Assembly: GCA_963775425.1 (NCBI GenBank)
Contig: CAVZJB010000016.1
Span: forward strand, 576,001 to 640,000
Reading direction: 5' to 3'
DNA length: 64,000 bases
From: an uncultured delta proteobacterium
GTDB lineage: Bacteria > Myxococcota > UBA727 > VGSZ01
Positions 33,262 to 51,153 of the stretch are shown piece after piece (within the stretch, counting starts at the first letter, position 1; each line of letters starts with the position of its first letter). The translations under genes were made by a program, and so were the position numbers. The notes under the pieces are model-generated. The model ran no database searches. It saw nothing but the letters and a program-made list of their open reading frames with translations, and was not told the origin of the DNA.

Positions 33262-33783
33262 TCAGTCGTCGGTGGAGGACATCAGGGTGCGCTCGCTCGT
33301 CATCAGCGGGCCGCCCTCGCCCGTCGTCACGGGGACGCCGGGGAAGTCGTCTTCCATCATCTGCTGCAGGTTCTCCTCGGAGCGCTTGAGCGCGAGCTTG
33401 ACGAGGACCTCGCGGATCTTCGGATAGTCCTTGAGGATGCCCTGGACGCGAGGGCCGTCGAAGCGCAGCGCGCGCGTGGCAGCGAGGCAGATGACGCTGG
33501 CGGAGCGGGCCTCTCCGAGGAGCGCCGCGATCTCGCCGAAGAAGCCGCCGCTGCCGAGCCGCGCCACCTCGCGCGTGGCGTCGATGCCGCCGATGCGCAC
33601 GGACAGGGAGCCCTCGAGCACGAGGAAGAACGCGTCGCCGAACTCGCCCTCTTTGACGACGCAGTGGCCCGCGGGGAAGTGCTCCTCGGCCGCGACGGCG
33701 ACGAGGCGCTTCTGCCCTCCTTCGTCGAGCAGGCCGAAGAGCTTCGAGTGGTTCTTCAGCGCCTCGGGCCGCAGGTCCGCCAT
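33262..33783 (-). CDS. Stand-alone cyclic-nucleotide-binding domain protein
   Basis: KEGEFGD.FFLVLEG, FFGEIAALLGEARSASV. Confidence 0.88.
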   Translation of the reverse strand: MADLRPEALKNHSKLFGLLDEGGQKRLVAVAAEEHFPAGHCVVKEGEFGDAFFLVLEGSLSVRIGGIDATREVARLGSGGFFGEIAALLGEARSASVICLAATRALRFDGPRVQGILKDYPKIREVLVKLALKRSEENLQQMMEDDFPGVPVTTGEGGPLMTSERTLMSSTDD

Positions 33784-33879
33784 GCCATACCATGCCGTCA
33801 AACGCCCACAGTCGTCTAGCTGTGCAACAACACGGCGCGCCCTTGGCGCCTCGCTTCGCTCGCGTGCCAAGCTGCGCCC

Positions 33880-34452
33880 ATGCCCGTGCTCCGCCCTCCA
33901 CACGGCGCCGGCCTCGCCGCCCTCGCCCTCGCGCTCTCGTCGACGGCTTGCACCTACATCGTCGTCGAGGACGAGCTCCACGCGCCCCTGCCCTGCGCCG
34001 CCGCCGAGGACTGCGCGTCGGGCTTCGCCTGCGTCGACGGCGCCTGCGCCGCCGCCGACGAGGCCGACGCCCCGCCACCGCCGGGCGTCGACGTCGGCAA
34101 GGCGGGCGGGACCGTGGCGGGCGTCGACGACGTCACGGTCACGTTTCCGCCGGACGCCCTGAGCGACGAGGTCCACGTCATCATCGAGCGGGCGTCGGCC
34201 ACCAACGTCCCGGTCGGTGTCGACGAGCGCTCCGGCTTCTACGCGGTGAGCCCCGACGCCTCCGTCGACGGCGCCAGCATCGCCCTCCCCGTCGACGGCG
34301 GCTGCGCCGGCTGCGCGGTGTTCCGTCGGCCCGACGGGGCCGGGGCGCCCTGGACCGCGCTCGATCCCGGCCCGCCCGCCGACGGCAAGGTGAGCGGCGT
34401 CCTCACCACGCTCGCCGGGGTGTACGTGGCGGGCGTCGAGGTGACGCCGTGA
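33880..34452 (+). CDS. Lipoprotein with Cys motif and ZU5-like segment
   Basis: Lipobox STAC; CxxxxDCxxGFxCxxGxC; GGTV...FPPDAL. Confidence 0.7.
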   Translation: MPVLRPPHGAGLAALALALSSTACTYIVVEDELHAPLPCAAAEDCASGFACVDGACAAADEADAPPPPGVDVGKAGGTVAGVDDVTVTFPPDALSDEVHVIIERASATNVPVGVDERSGFYAVSPDASVDGASIALPVDGGCAGCAVFRRPDGAGAPWTALDPGPPADGKVSGVLTTLAGVYVAGVEVTP

Positions 34453-36563
34453 CCCGCGCGCGTCTCATCGCCGGCGCGCTCACCTTGGGGGCGCTCACGG
34501 CCGGCTGCTTCCCTGCCACGACCGTGGCACCGCCGGAGCCGCCGGGGCTCGCCGTCGTCGAGAGCCCGACGGCGTCGGCGCAACAGCTCCTGCGCGGCAC
34601 CAAGCCGGCCTCCACCGCCGTCGACGTCGACGGCGCCGAGGTCGCGCCGCTCGACGAAGCCACCACGTGGACGGCGCTCGTCGACCTCGTCGAGGGCACC
34701 AACAACATCACGGTCACCACGCGCGACGCGCTCGGGCAGAGCTCGACGCCAAACGTCGTCACCATCATCCTGGACACCGAGCCGCCGGACGCGCCGGTCA
34801 TCGGCGTGCCGGACATCTCCGTGCTCCCGCTGCGCACGCTCGACGCCACGCTCGAGATCACGGGCGCCGTCGTGAACCCGTCGGATCGCCTCGTCGTCGA
34901 CGGCGCCGTCGTCGCGACGAGCGGCGCGGGCTTCACCATCGAGGTGCCCCTGCCCGTCATCGGACGAAACGAGATCCGGCTCGCCGCGCGCGACATCGCG
35001 GGCAACGAGAGCGACGTGGTCGAGATCCCCGTCCTCCGCGTGGAGGACGCGGACCCGCCCGTCCTCAACGTCGCTTCGCCCGCGGACGGTGACGCGCCGC
35101 TCGTCCTCGACGCGATCACCGTGAGCGGGAGCGTCGCCGACGCCGACCTCGCCATCGGCGGCCCCGTCACCGTCACCGTCTGCGCCGACGACGGCGCCGG
35201 CGCCTGCGTCTGCACCGACGACAGCGGCGGCTGCACCCCCCCCGTCGTCGCCGGCGTGGACGCCCCGGTGGGTGACACGGCGACGTTCAGTGCCACCATC
35301 GACGACGTCGCCGCGCTCGCTCCGGGCGCGCCCGACGACGCCGTGCTGCCCTTGCTCGTCACGGCCGTCGACGAGTGGGGCAACGCCGTCTCGGTCGGCC
35401 GCGCCGTGCTGCGCGCGCAGGGGCCCGGCACCCTCGCGGGCTCCGCCGGCGCCGAGGTGGTCGCCGTGGCCGCCGGCGGCGCGCCGTTCGACGCGGCCGC
35501 GGCGTTCCTCGTCCCCGACGGGGGCGGCACGGGCACGCTCGAGCTCGCCGTCGACGACGGCGGCGGCTACAGCCCCGTCGTCGACGCCGCGGCGTTCGGC
35601 GCGGGCGTCCCGCTGTCCGTCGGCGCCGTGGCCCTCGCGCGCGACCCGCGCGCCGCGAGCCCCGCGGTGGTCCACGTCGCTTGGGCCGACCACCTCGCGC
35701 ACGCCGTCGTCTATCGCCAGCACGGCAGCGCCCCCGGCGGGGGCGCGCTCGGCGCGGAGGAGACCGTCGCCGGCGGCGGCGTCACGCCCGTCGACGCGGA
35801 GTCCGTGTCGCTCGCGCTCCTCGACGACGGCGCGCCCGTGGTCGCCTTCGTCGACGACGTGGGCGCGGTCCAGGTCGCGCGCCGCGCGGCCGCCGGCGCG
35901 TGGGATCCCGCCGTCACCGTGAGCGACGCCGTCACCGCCGCGGCGTCCCCCCCGGGCGCGCAGCACGTCGGCCTCGCCGCGACGCCGGGCACCCACACGG
36001 TGACCGTGGTCTGGCAGGAGACCACCGATCGCGACGGCGACGGCAACGACGACGCGGACATCGTCGCCGTCCGCTTCGATCTCGACGGCGCGCCGGGCGC
36101 GCCCGCGCTCGTCTCCGGCGACAGCGGCGCCTTCGTCGACGGCGCCTCCACCGCGCCGTGCATCGCGGCGCTCACCGGCGGCGCCGCGGCCGTCGGCTGG
36201 ATCGACGAGGGCGCCGGCGCCGCGCGCGCGGTCGTCGCCACCGTCGACGACGCCTTCTTCGCCGCGCCCGCGGCGCACGAGCCCGTCGTCGTCGCCGGCG
36301 CCGGCGCCACCACCGGCCTCGCGCTCGCCGCGGACCCCGGCGGCTCCGCCGGCGACGCCGTCGCCGTCCTCGTCGACGACGACGTCGACGGCCTGCTGCT
36401 TCGCTTCGCCGCGCCATCCGCTCTCGACGGGCCCGCGGGCGCGCCGCGCGTGGTCGGCCCCGTCGCGGCGCTGTCGCCGGCGATCGCGCTCGCGGGCGCC
36501 GTCGCCCACGTCGCGTACGTGGACGGCGGCGACGTGCGCGTCCTGCCCAGGGAGCTGCCGTGA
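34449..36563 (+). CDS. Lipoprotein with Ig-like repeats and propeller-like C-terminus
   Basis: Lipobox TAGC; EGTNNITV..RDALG, DTEPP, RDIAGNES, VDEWGN Ig-like motifs. Confidence 0.72.
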   Translation: MTRARLIAGALTLGALTAGCFPATTVAPPEPPGLAVVESPTASAQQLLRGTKPASTAVDVDGAEVAPLDEATTWTALVDLVEGTNNITVTTRDALGQSSTPNVVTIILDTEPPDAPVIGVPDISVLPLRTLDATLEITGAVVNPSDRLVVDGAVVATSGAGFTIEVPLPVIGRNEIRLAARDIAGNESDVVEIPVLRVEDADPPVLNVASPADGDAPLVLDAITVSGSVADADLAIGGPVTVTVCADDGAGACVCTDDSGGCTPPVVAGVDAPVGDTATFSATIDDVAALAPGAPDDAVLPLLVTAVDEWGNAVSVGRAVLRAQGPGTLAGSAGAEVVAVAAGGAPFDAAAAFLVPDGGGTGTLELAVDDGGGYSPVVDAAAFGAGVPLSVGAVALARDPRAASPAVVHVAWADHLAHAVVYRQHGSAPGGGALGAEETVAGGGVTPVDAESVSLALLDDGAPVVAFVDDVGAVQVARRAAAGAWDPAVTVSDAVTAAASPPGAQHVGLAATPGTHTVTVVWQETTDRDGDGNDDADIVAVRFDLDGAPGAPALVSGDSGAFVDGASTAPCIAALTGGAAAVGWIDEGAGAARAVVATVDDAFFAAPAAHEPVVVAGAGATTGLALAADPGGSAGDAVAVLVDDDVDGLLLRFAAPSALDGPAGAPRVVGPVAALSPAIALAGAVAHVAYVDGGDVRVLPRELP

Positions 36564-37915
36564 TGCATCGGACCTCCGCGCCCGCCGCGATGAGCGTCGT
36601 CTGCTTGTTGGCGGTGTCGCTCGCGGGCGCGCATGCCGGCGCCATCGAGCCCGGCGGGCGCTGCTCGCTCAAGGCGCCGCTCACCGTCACCATCTACCGC
36701 CGCGCCGGGAGCATCGAGGACACCCTCGAGCGCGGCTCCGACGTGGAGCTCATCTCGGTGAGCGACACCGGCATCGCCCGCGTGCGCGCCGGCGACGTCA
36801 AGGCGAACGTCGCGTTCGCCGACCTCGACAGCGCCTGCAGCGGGACCCTGCGGATGTGCACGCTGCGCAGCCCGGTGCTGATGTACGAGCAGAACCGCAG
36901 CGACAGCAAGTCGTGGCGCATCAAGACCGGCGCCGACGTCAACATCCTCAAGGAGGGCAAGACGTGGGCGGCGGTGCGCACCGCCAATCTCGTCGGCTTC
37001 GTGAAGAGCGGCGACATGAACCGCGCCTGCCAGCTCCGCAACGCCGCCGCCGGCGCGACGGCCCCGGGCTCCTCCGACAACGGCGGCGGCGGCACAGGCG
37101 AGTACGTCGAACGCGGCGACGGGCCAGGGATCCTGCTGTTGCCGTTCGACCTCGAGGGGGGCGCGCCGGCGACCACCGCGGCGGCGCTCTTCAATCTGCT
37201 CTTTCAGCGGGTCGGCTATTACCGCCCTGACTCCGGCCGGGCCGGCGTCGACGAAAAGCGCAAGCCCACGCCCCTTCACGAGCAGATCGCGGCCGCGGCC
37301 CGACGCGCGCAAGGCGCCGGCATGGCGTACGCGCTCATCGGCCGCTTCTCGCTTGCGCCCGCCGCGCCCGGACAGGCCGTCGAGGGAAAGGGCGTCCTCG
37401 AGCTCGCCGTCGTCGACGCCAAGAGCGCCAAGGTGCTGAAGGGCGTGCGGCTCACGGGGCCCACCACCCAGGCAGCCGATCCCTGGCCGGAGCGCGCGCT
37501 CGCTGCGCTCCTCGCCGTGCTCGCGCCGGCCCCGGGCTCCAAGATCCCCGTGCCGCCGGGCAAGAGCACCGTCGAGGTCGCGCCCGCGTCGCCGGGGACG
37601 CCGGCCGCGCCGCGCCCGCGCACCGAGGTCGAGACGCGCCCCGACGCGCCGTGGTTCGCCAACGGCTGGGGCTACCTGCTGTTCGGCGGCGCCGTCGCCG
37701 CCGGCGTCGGCAGCGGCTTCGCGGGCGTCCTCGCCAACGACGACAACGACCGCGCCAACGCCGCCGTGCAGACCGACCTCGCGCGCAACGACCACCGAAA
37801 CACCGCGCTCGCCGAGGCCATCACCGCCGACTCCCTCGGGGTGGTGGCCGCCGGCGCCGTCATCGCGACCGTCGTGGTGTTCGCCACGCGCGCGGGGCTC
37901 GACGACGGCCCCTGA
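36563..37915 (+). CDS. Exported protein with SH3-like domains and C-terminal hydrophobic helices
   Basis: Signal peptide; GADVNILKEGKTWAAV...GFV SH3b-like; TGATG-coupled to upstream gene. Confidence 0.65.
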   Translation: MHRTSAPAAMSVVCLLAVSLAGAHAGAIEPGGRCSLKAPLTVTIYRRAGSIEDTLERGSDVELISVSDTGIARVRAGDVKANVAFADLDSACSGTLRMCTLRSPVLMYEQNRSDSKSWRIKTGADVNILKEGKTWAAVRTANLVGFVKSGDMNRACQLRNAAAGATAPGSSDNGGGGTGEYVERGDGPGILLLPFDLEGGAPATTAAALFNLLFQRVGYYRPDSGRAGVDEKRKPTPLHEQIAAAARRAQGAGMAYALIGRFSLAPAAPGQAVEGKGVLELAVVDAKSAKVLKGVRLTGPTTQAADPWPERALAALLAVLAPAPGSKIPVPPGKSTVEVAPASPGTPAAPRPRTEVETRPDAPWFANGWGYLLFGGAVAAGVGSGFAGVLANDDNDRANAAVQTDLARNDHRNTALAEAITADSLGVVAAGAVIATVVVFATRAGLDDGP

Positions 37916-37951
37916 GGGTCGCGCGCGGCGACCCTCGGGGCCGTCGCGCGC

Positions 37952-38968
37952 TCAACGCGTGAGCACGAACTGCGTCACCGCGTAGGGGTGCGCGGGGTCG
38001 TTGCCCGGGAGCGTGTCGTCGGTGGGCGGGGCGTCGCCGCCGGGCTGGGTCTGGTCGCCCGGCTGCGTCTGGTCCCCGGGCTGCGTGTCGTCGCCCGGCT
38101 GCGGCTGGTCGCCCGGCTGGGTCTGGTCGCCCGGCTGCGTGTCGTCGCCCGGCTGCGTGTCGTCGCCCGGCTGGGTCTGGTCGCCCGGCTGCGTGTCGTC
38201 GCCGGGGGTGCCGGTGTCGCCGCCGCACCCGGGGAGGTCGCCGTCGCCGTCGCCGTCGTCGTCGGGGAGGTCGACGCTGCCGTCGCCGTTGTCGTCGCCG
38301 GGGAGCGGCTCGCAGTTGCCGTTGTTGTCGGCGAAGGTGGCGCCGAGCGTGACGACGAGCGCCTGCGGGTTGTCCGGATCCTGCTCGGTGTCGACGCTGA
38401 CGTCGCACGGCTCCTCGTCGTAGTCGGTGTACGCGAACGCGTCGTAGGCGACGCCGCTGTCGGGGCCCTCGCAGCCGAGGCCGAGGATGTCCGCGCCGTT
38501 GGCGTGGCCGCCCACCTCGATGCGCTTACCCACGCCCGGGCGGAGGAAGGCGCCGTTGTTTCCGTTTTGCACGGCGAGCTGAAGCATCACGCGGATGCCG
38601 TCGCTGCGCAGGGCGTAGACGTTGACCTCGGTGTAGTAGCCGTCGTCGTAGACGGACGCGAGGTCGGTGGGCGCGTCGACCCCGATGGGCCCGACGTGGC
38701 CCTTGATGTGTCCCGCGGCGACGCCGCGGAACAGGAGCGTGTCGTCCCACGGCGGGAGCTGCGGCTGCACCGTGTTGTTCCCGGGGTCGCCGGGATCGGT
38801 CTTGGGATCGTCGGCGCTCGAGTGCGACGGCGTGTCCGCCGGATCGGAGACGCGCGAGCCGTCCAACGATCCGGGGACGTTGATGGTGTCGCCTGAGCCG
38901 ACGCCGTTGATGCAGGCGGCCGACGCCAGGGCCACCGCGAGGAGAGAGATGCCGGGAACGTGCCTCAT
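37952..38968 (-). CDS. Acidic lipoprotein with (PGD[D/Q]TQ)x9 repeat
   Basis: Lipobox SAAC; GGAGGA RBS. Confidence 0.72.
   Translation of the reverse strand: MRHVPGISLLAVALASAACINGVGSGDTINVPGSLDGSRVSDPADTPSHSSADDPKTDPGDPGNNTVQPQLPPWDDTLLFRGVAAGHIKGHVGPIGVDAPTDLASVYDDGYYTEVNVYALRSDGIRVMLQLAVQNGNNGAFLRPGVGKRIEVGGHANGADILGLGCEGPDSGVAYDAFAYTDYDEEPCDVSVDTEQDPDNPQALVVTLGATFADNNGNCEPLPGDDNGDGSVDLPDDDGDGDGDLPGCGGDTGTPGDDTQPGDQTQPGDDTQPGDDTQPGDQTQPGDQPQPGDDTQPGDQTQPGDQTQPGGDAPPTDDTLPGNDPAHPYAVTQFVLTR
38040..38205. repeat. 18-bp coding tandem repeat, about 9 copies
   Basis: Encodes PGDDTQ/PGDQTQ. Confidence 0.85.
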
Positions 38969-39088
38969 GTGTGTTTCGTCCTCCCGCGCCCTTCGTAGCG
39001 CGGGGGTGCCTCCCTCCATCATCGGTCGATCCTCAAAGCGCATCGGTCGCTCGACAACGAGCGCGCGTCAGCCGGGCGCAGTCATCGG

Positions 39089-40240
39089 TCAACGGACCCA
39101 GAGGTCCATGTGCACGACCTCCATGTCCTCGTTGTCCGAGCCCTCGGTGAACATCAACCGGATCTCGACGGGCACCGACGCGTCGTGGACGGCCCCGGTG
39201 TCGACGAGGAACGACGGCGCCGACTCGGGCGCGCCCACGCAGCTCGCGTCGCCGAGGTCCTGGCCGTCGAAGAGCGTGTCGGTCTCGTCGAAGAACCGCG
39301 TGCCGGTGTCCTGCGGGTCCACCGACTCCGCCGGCTCCTCGCACAGGTAGTTGCTGCCCACGAAGGCGGGCGGTGAGGCGGCGATGCTGCCCACGCATGG
39401 GCAGGAGCAGGCGTCGTTCGCGAAGACGTCGGTGCAGCCGTGCGCGAAGGTGTAGACGTGCTCGCGCGGGTCGCCGACGAGGATGCCCATGCCGTCGACG
39501 AACGACAAATCGATGCTGCCCTGATCGTCGCGGAACGCGTCGGCGCCGCCAAAGCCGAACGCGCGCACGACGCCGCGCATCTCGCGCCACGCATACGGCG
39601 GCGGGAAGAACGCCGACGCCTGCGACGCGCCGCCGGCGTCGGGCCGTCGGCAGCCCCGCGACGACGCGACCCAGCCGGAGGGACACGGCTGCCCCTCGTC
39701 GAAGCGAAGCAGCAAGCCCCAGCCGCCGCCGTCGGTCTGCATGTCGCACTCCACCGCGCCGCCGGCGAGCGTGTACACACCGCTCGTCGCCGCGGGATCG
39801 GCCTCGAGCACCTCGAGGCACGTAGCGGGCGGCGCGCCGGTGCCCGCGTCGTCAACGTTGCCCGCGTCGTCGACGGCGCCCGCGTCCTCGACGGTGCCCG
39901 CGTCGTCGACGTTGCCCGCGTCCTCGACCGTGCCCGCGTCGTCGACGTTGCCCGCGTCGTCGACGTTGCCCGCGTCGTCGACGGTGCCCGCGTCCTCGAC
40001 GGAGCCGGCGTCGTCGACGGTGCCGGCGTCGTCGTTGACGGGGGCGCCGGCGTCGGCGGCGAGCGTGGGCGCCGGCCGGACGCGGCAGATCCCGTCGGAG
40101 CAGGTCTCGCCCTGGGAGCAGTCGGTGAGCGCGGCGCACGCCCGCGCGAAGTCCGCGTCGACGGAGCACGCGCCGGCGGCGGCCGCGGCGCCGAGCGCGG
40201 CGACGCATGCGACTCGACGGAGCCACGCGGCGGGCATCAT
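39089..40240 (-). CDS. Lipoprotein with DAG-repeat stalk and fibrinogen-like (YCDM..GGGW) domain
   Basis: Lipobox AGAC; TCLE...SGVYTL...CDMQTDGGGW. Confidence 0.78.
   Translation of the reverse strand: MMPAAWLRRVACVAALGAAAAAGACSVDADFARACAALTDCSQGETCSDGICRVRPAPTLAADAGAPVNDDAGTVDDAGSVEDAGTVDDAGNVDDAGNVDDAGTVEDAGNVDDAGTVEDAGAVDDAGNVDDAGTGAPPATCLEVLEADPAATSGVYTLAGGAVECDMQTDGGGWGLLLRFDEGQPCPSGWVASSRGCRRPDAGGASQASAFFPPPYAWREMRGVVRAFGFGGADAFRDDQGSIDLSFVDGMGILVGDPREHVYTFAHGCTDVFANDACSCPCVGSIAASPPAFVGSNYLCEEPAESVDPQDTGTRFFDETDTLFDGQDLGDASCVGAPESAPSFLVDTGAVHDASVPVEIRLMFTEGSDNEDMEVVHMDLWVR
39840..40035. repeat. 18-bp coding tandem repeat, about 11 copies
   Basis: Encodes xV[D/E]DAG. Confidence 0.85.
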
Positions 40241-40281
40241 CCTCGACGATAGCGCGCCCGCGCATCACATGCGGCGGACGG

Positions 40282-41271
40282 TCAGGGGCAGGCGCAGCTC
40301 GTGCCGGGGGAACAGACGGCGCTCGCGCCGTCGCACGAGAGCGCACACGAGGCCGCGTCGGCGGCGCAGGTGAGCGCACACGGCGACGCGGTGCATGTGA
40401 GCGTGCAGGTGGAGCCGGTGGAGCAAGCCAGGGCGACGGTGGCGGTAGCGCCCTGGGGCTCGACCTTGCACTGCGCAGCGTTCTGGCAGGTGAAGTCGCT
40501 CTGGGCGCTGCCGCCGTCGCTGAGCGCAAAGCGGCACGTCGAGGCGTCGCACGTGCCGATGAACACCGGCGATCCGTGGAGCGTGTTGTCGCAGGAGGCG
40601 CCGGTGTCGCAGTCGACGCGCGAGTCGGTCGAGCCGAGGCTGAGGTCGGCGCGGCACGTCGCCGCGCTGCAGACGAGGGACGGCTGCGTGCCGCCGGTCT
40701 GCAGCGTCGTGCATACGCTCCCGGCGTCGCAGCGGAGGTCGCACCCGCCGTCGCAGACCATCATGCAGGTGCCGCAGCCGGCGTTGCAGGACTCATTGCC
40801 GGCGGTGCAGCACGGGGAGCACGTCGTCGCGCAGTCGTCCGGACAGGCCCCGCCGCACGCCGCCGTCCCGTCGTAGGCGCCGATGCAGACGCCGCCGGGC
40901 TCGAGCGTGTCGCGCTGCGTGCACGCGAACCCGTCGTCGCAGTCCCCTTCCCCTTCCCCTTCCCCTTCCCCTTCGCCTTCGCCTTCGCCTTCGCCTTCGC
41001 CTTCGCCTTCGCCTTCGCCTTCGCCTTGGCCGGAGCCGGCGTCGGCCCCGGCGTCGACGGGGGGGCCGGGACCGGCATCGACGGCGCGGGGCGAGCCGGC
41101 ATCGATGCGCGCGGGGAGCGAGCAGCGGCCGGCGGAGCAGACCTCACCCGCGGCGCAATCGCCGTCGCCGGCGCACACGCGGAGGAACCCGGGATCGCCC
41201 CCACAGGCGGCGACGCCAAGGAGCGCTCCGAGGAGGGCGCCGAGGACGATCAGGTCGACGCACGCGCGCAT
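40282..41271 (-). CDS. Cys-rich lipoprotein with (GE)n linker
   Basis: Lipobox VAAC; many Cys residues; hexamer repeat at about 40944-41027. Confidence 0.75.
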   Translation of the reverse strand: MRACVDLIVLGALLGALLGVAACGGDPGFLRVCAGDGDCAAGEVCSAGRCSLPARIDAGSPRAVDAGPGPPVDAGADAGSGQGEGEGEGEGEGEGEGEGEGEGEGEGEGDCDDGFACTQRDTLEPGGVCIGAYDGTAACGGACPDDCATTCSPCCTAGNESCNAGCGTCMMVCDGGCDLRCDAGSVCTTLQTGGTQPSLVCSAATCRADLSLGSTDSRVDCDTGASCDNTLHGSPVFIGTCDASTCRFALSDGGSAQSDFTCQNAAQCKVEPQGATATVALACSTGSTCTLTCTASPCALTCAADAASCALSCDGASAVCSPGTSCACP

Positions 41272-41312
41272 CCCTCACTGTAGCGCGCCCGAACGAAGGG
41301 CATCGCGGGCGG

Positions 41313-41969
41313 TCAGCCGCCGACGGGGACGACGGCGCCGGTGACGATGTGGTTGTCCGGTGACGCGAGCCAGACGATGGTGGCGGCGATGTCGGCGGGG
41401 CTCGCCCACAGCGACCGGTCGGCGCCGGGCATGGCGGCGCGGTTCGCGGGCGTGTCGATCGTGGTCGGGGCCACCGCGTTCACGAGGACCTCCGCCGAAC
41501 GAAGCTCCGCGGCCGCGGCGCGCGTCAAGGCGATCACCGCGGCCTTCGACGCCGCATAGAGCGCCAACTGCGCCGGCGCCGCCTCGGCCGCGTGCGAGGC
41601 AACGTTCACGATGCGCCCGGCGCGCCCGCGCATCTGGCGCGCAGCTTCGCGTGTGCAGAGGAACGCGCTCGTGAAGTTGATGTCGAGCATGCGCCGCGCG
41701 TCGTCGACGGTGGCGTCGACGAGCGCGCCCATGGCGAAGCCGCCGACCACGTGCACCGACGCCCACAGCGGCGGCAGCGCCGCGTAGAGCGCGCGCACGG
41801 CGGCGTCGTCGGTGACGTCGACGCGGGGGAGCTTCTGCACCCCCGCGGGCACGGCGTTTCGGGCGGGCGCGTGCACGACGGCGCCGGCGGCGCCGAAGGC
41901 CGCGACGACGGCGCTCCCGAGCGCGCCGTCGGCGCCGGTGACGAGGACGTGGCGGTTCGCGAGAGCCAT
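41313..41969 (-). CDS. Short-chain dehydrogenase/reductase
   Basis: VTGADGALG, YAASK, VNAVAP. Confidence 0.9.
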   Translation of the reverse strand: MALANRHVLVTGADGALGSAVVAAFGAAGAVVHAPARNAVPAGVQKLPRVDVTDDAAVRALYAALPPLWASVHVVGGFAMGALVDATVDDARRMLDINFTSAFLCTREAARQMRGRAGRIVNVASHAAEAAPAQLALYAASKAAVIALTRAAAAELRSAEVLVNAVAPTTIDTPANRAAMPGADRSLWASPADIAATIVWLASPDNHIVTGAVVPVGG

Positions 41970-41988
41970 GCGCGATGGTACCGCCGCG

Positions 41989-42050
41989 TCGACGCGCTGT
42001 CCTCGACGCGCTGTCCTCGACGCGCTGTCCTCGACGCGCTGTCCTCGACG
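41989..42050. repeat. 14-bp tandem repeat TCGACGCGCTGTCC x4.4
   Basis: Four perfect copies plus a partial, 20 bp upstream of the SDR start. Confidence 0.92.
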
Positions 42051-42085
42051 GCACCGCGAGGCCCCGTGCGTGGCCGGTCTTCGGC

Positions 42086-42122
42086 AAAAAAGAAGCGCGC
42101 CCCGGGGACACCGGGGCGCGCT
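42086..42122 (-). terminator. Rho-independent terminator of rpoC
   Basis: 12-bp stem AGCGCGCCCCGG/CCGGGGCGCGCT followed by TCTTTTTT on the minus strand. Confidence 0.88.
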
Positions 42123-42159
42123 CGAGGCGGCGCTGAGCCGCCGTCGGGTGCGTTGAGGC

Positions 42160-46347
<4,188 letters not shown>

Positions 46348-46390
46348 GTGTTGCCCTCAGTGGAATCGGAGAAAGGGTGTGCGGAAGGGG

Positions 46391-46834
46391 TCAGGCGAGG
46401 CCGACGTCCGTGTGGACGTCGCCGGCGAAGAGAAGGACGCCGTGCTCGGGGTCGTCGGGGACCGCGACGAGCATGCCGCGCGTACCGAGCCAGCCGTGGC
46501 GCCCGGCGGCGAGCGGGACGGCGTGGATGCGGTGGTAGCCGGGCTCCACGAGCAGGTTCAGCACCTCACCGGTCTCCGCCACCTCGAAGGCGTCGAAGTC
46601 CGTGGTGTGCTTCACGTGCGACTCGAGGAGCGCGGCGTCGGGCGCCACGCGCGAGTAGACGACCCAGCGCTGCCCCGCGCGGGCACCGCCGCGCTCCGTG
46701 GGGAGAGCGACGGTGACGCGGAACTTGCGCGAGAGCCGCGCCTCGTCGTCAGCGAGGAACGACGAGGCCGCCTCGAAGTCGACGCCGGCGAAGGCGTGAC
46801 CGATGGAAGCGAAGACGTCTCGGATGCTGTTCAT
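46391..46834 (-). CDS. Hypothetical 147-aa protein between rpoB and rpoC
   Basis: GAGGA RBS 6 nt before ATG; fills the intergenic gap; co-oriented; GC-ending codons. Confidence 0.7.
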   Translation of the reverse strand: MNSIRDVFASIGHAFAGVDFEAASSFLADDEARLSRKFRVTVALPTERGGARAGQRWVVYSRVAPDAALLESHVKHTTDFDAFEVAETGEVLNLLVEPGYHRIHAVPLAAGRHGWLGTRGMLVAVPDDPEHGVLLFAGDVHTDVGLA

Positions 46835-46865
46835 GATGAATCCTCGTCGTGCGATGTCGCCCGGC

Positions 46866-46924
46866 GCCGGCCGCGAGGCGGGGGACGAGCCGGCCGCGAG
46901 GCGGGGGACGAGCCCCCGCCCGAC
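46866..46924 (-). repeat. REP-like palindrome (GTCG foot) plus partial duplicate at 23-bp period
   Basis: GGCGGGGGACGAGCCCCCGCC at 46900-46920 is identical to the copy at 11937. Confidence 0.75.
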
Positions 46925-46934
46925 GGCGTGGCGT

Positions 46935-51065
<4,131 letters not shown>

Positions 51066-51153
51066 TCGGATGGACCCTCGGTGATGACGCCCCCCACCCG
51101 TGCGTGGCACGGAGCAAAGGGCATGGCACGGATTGTGGAAACCGACGTGTCGC

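Noticed and set aside
51105-51140. Sigma54 promoter (TGGCACG twice)
   Set aside because: Neither copy has TTGC/GC at the required -12 spacing
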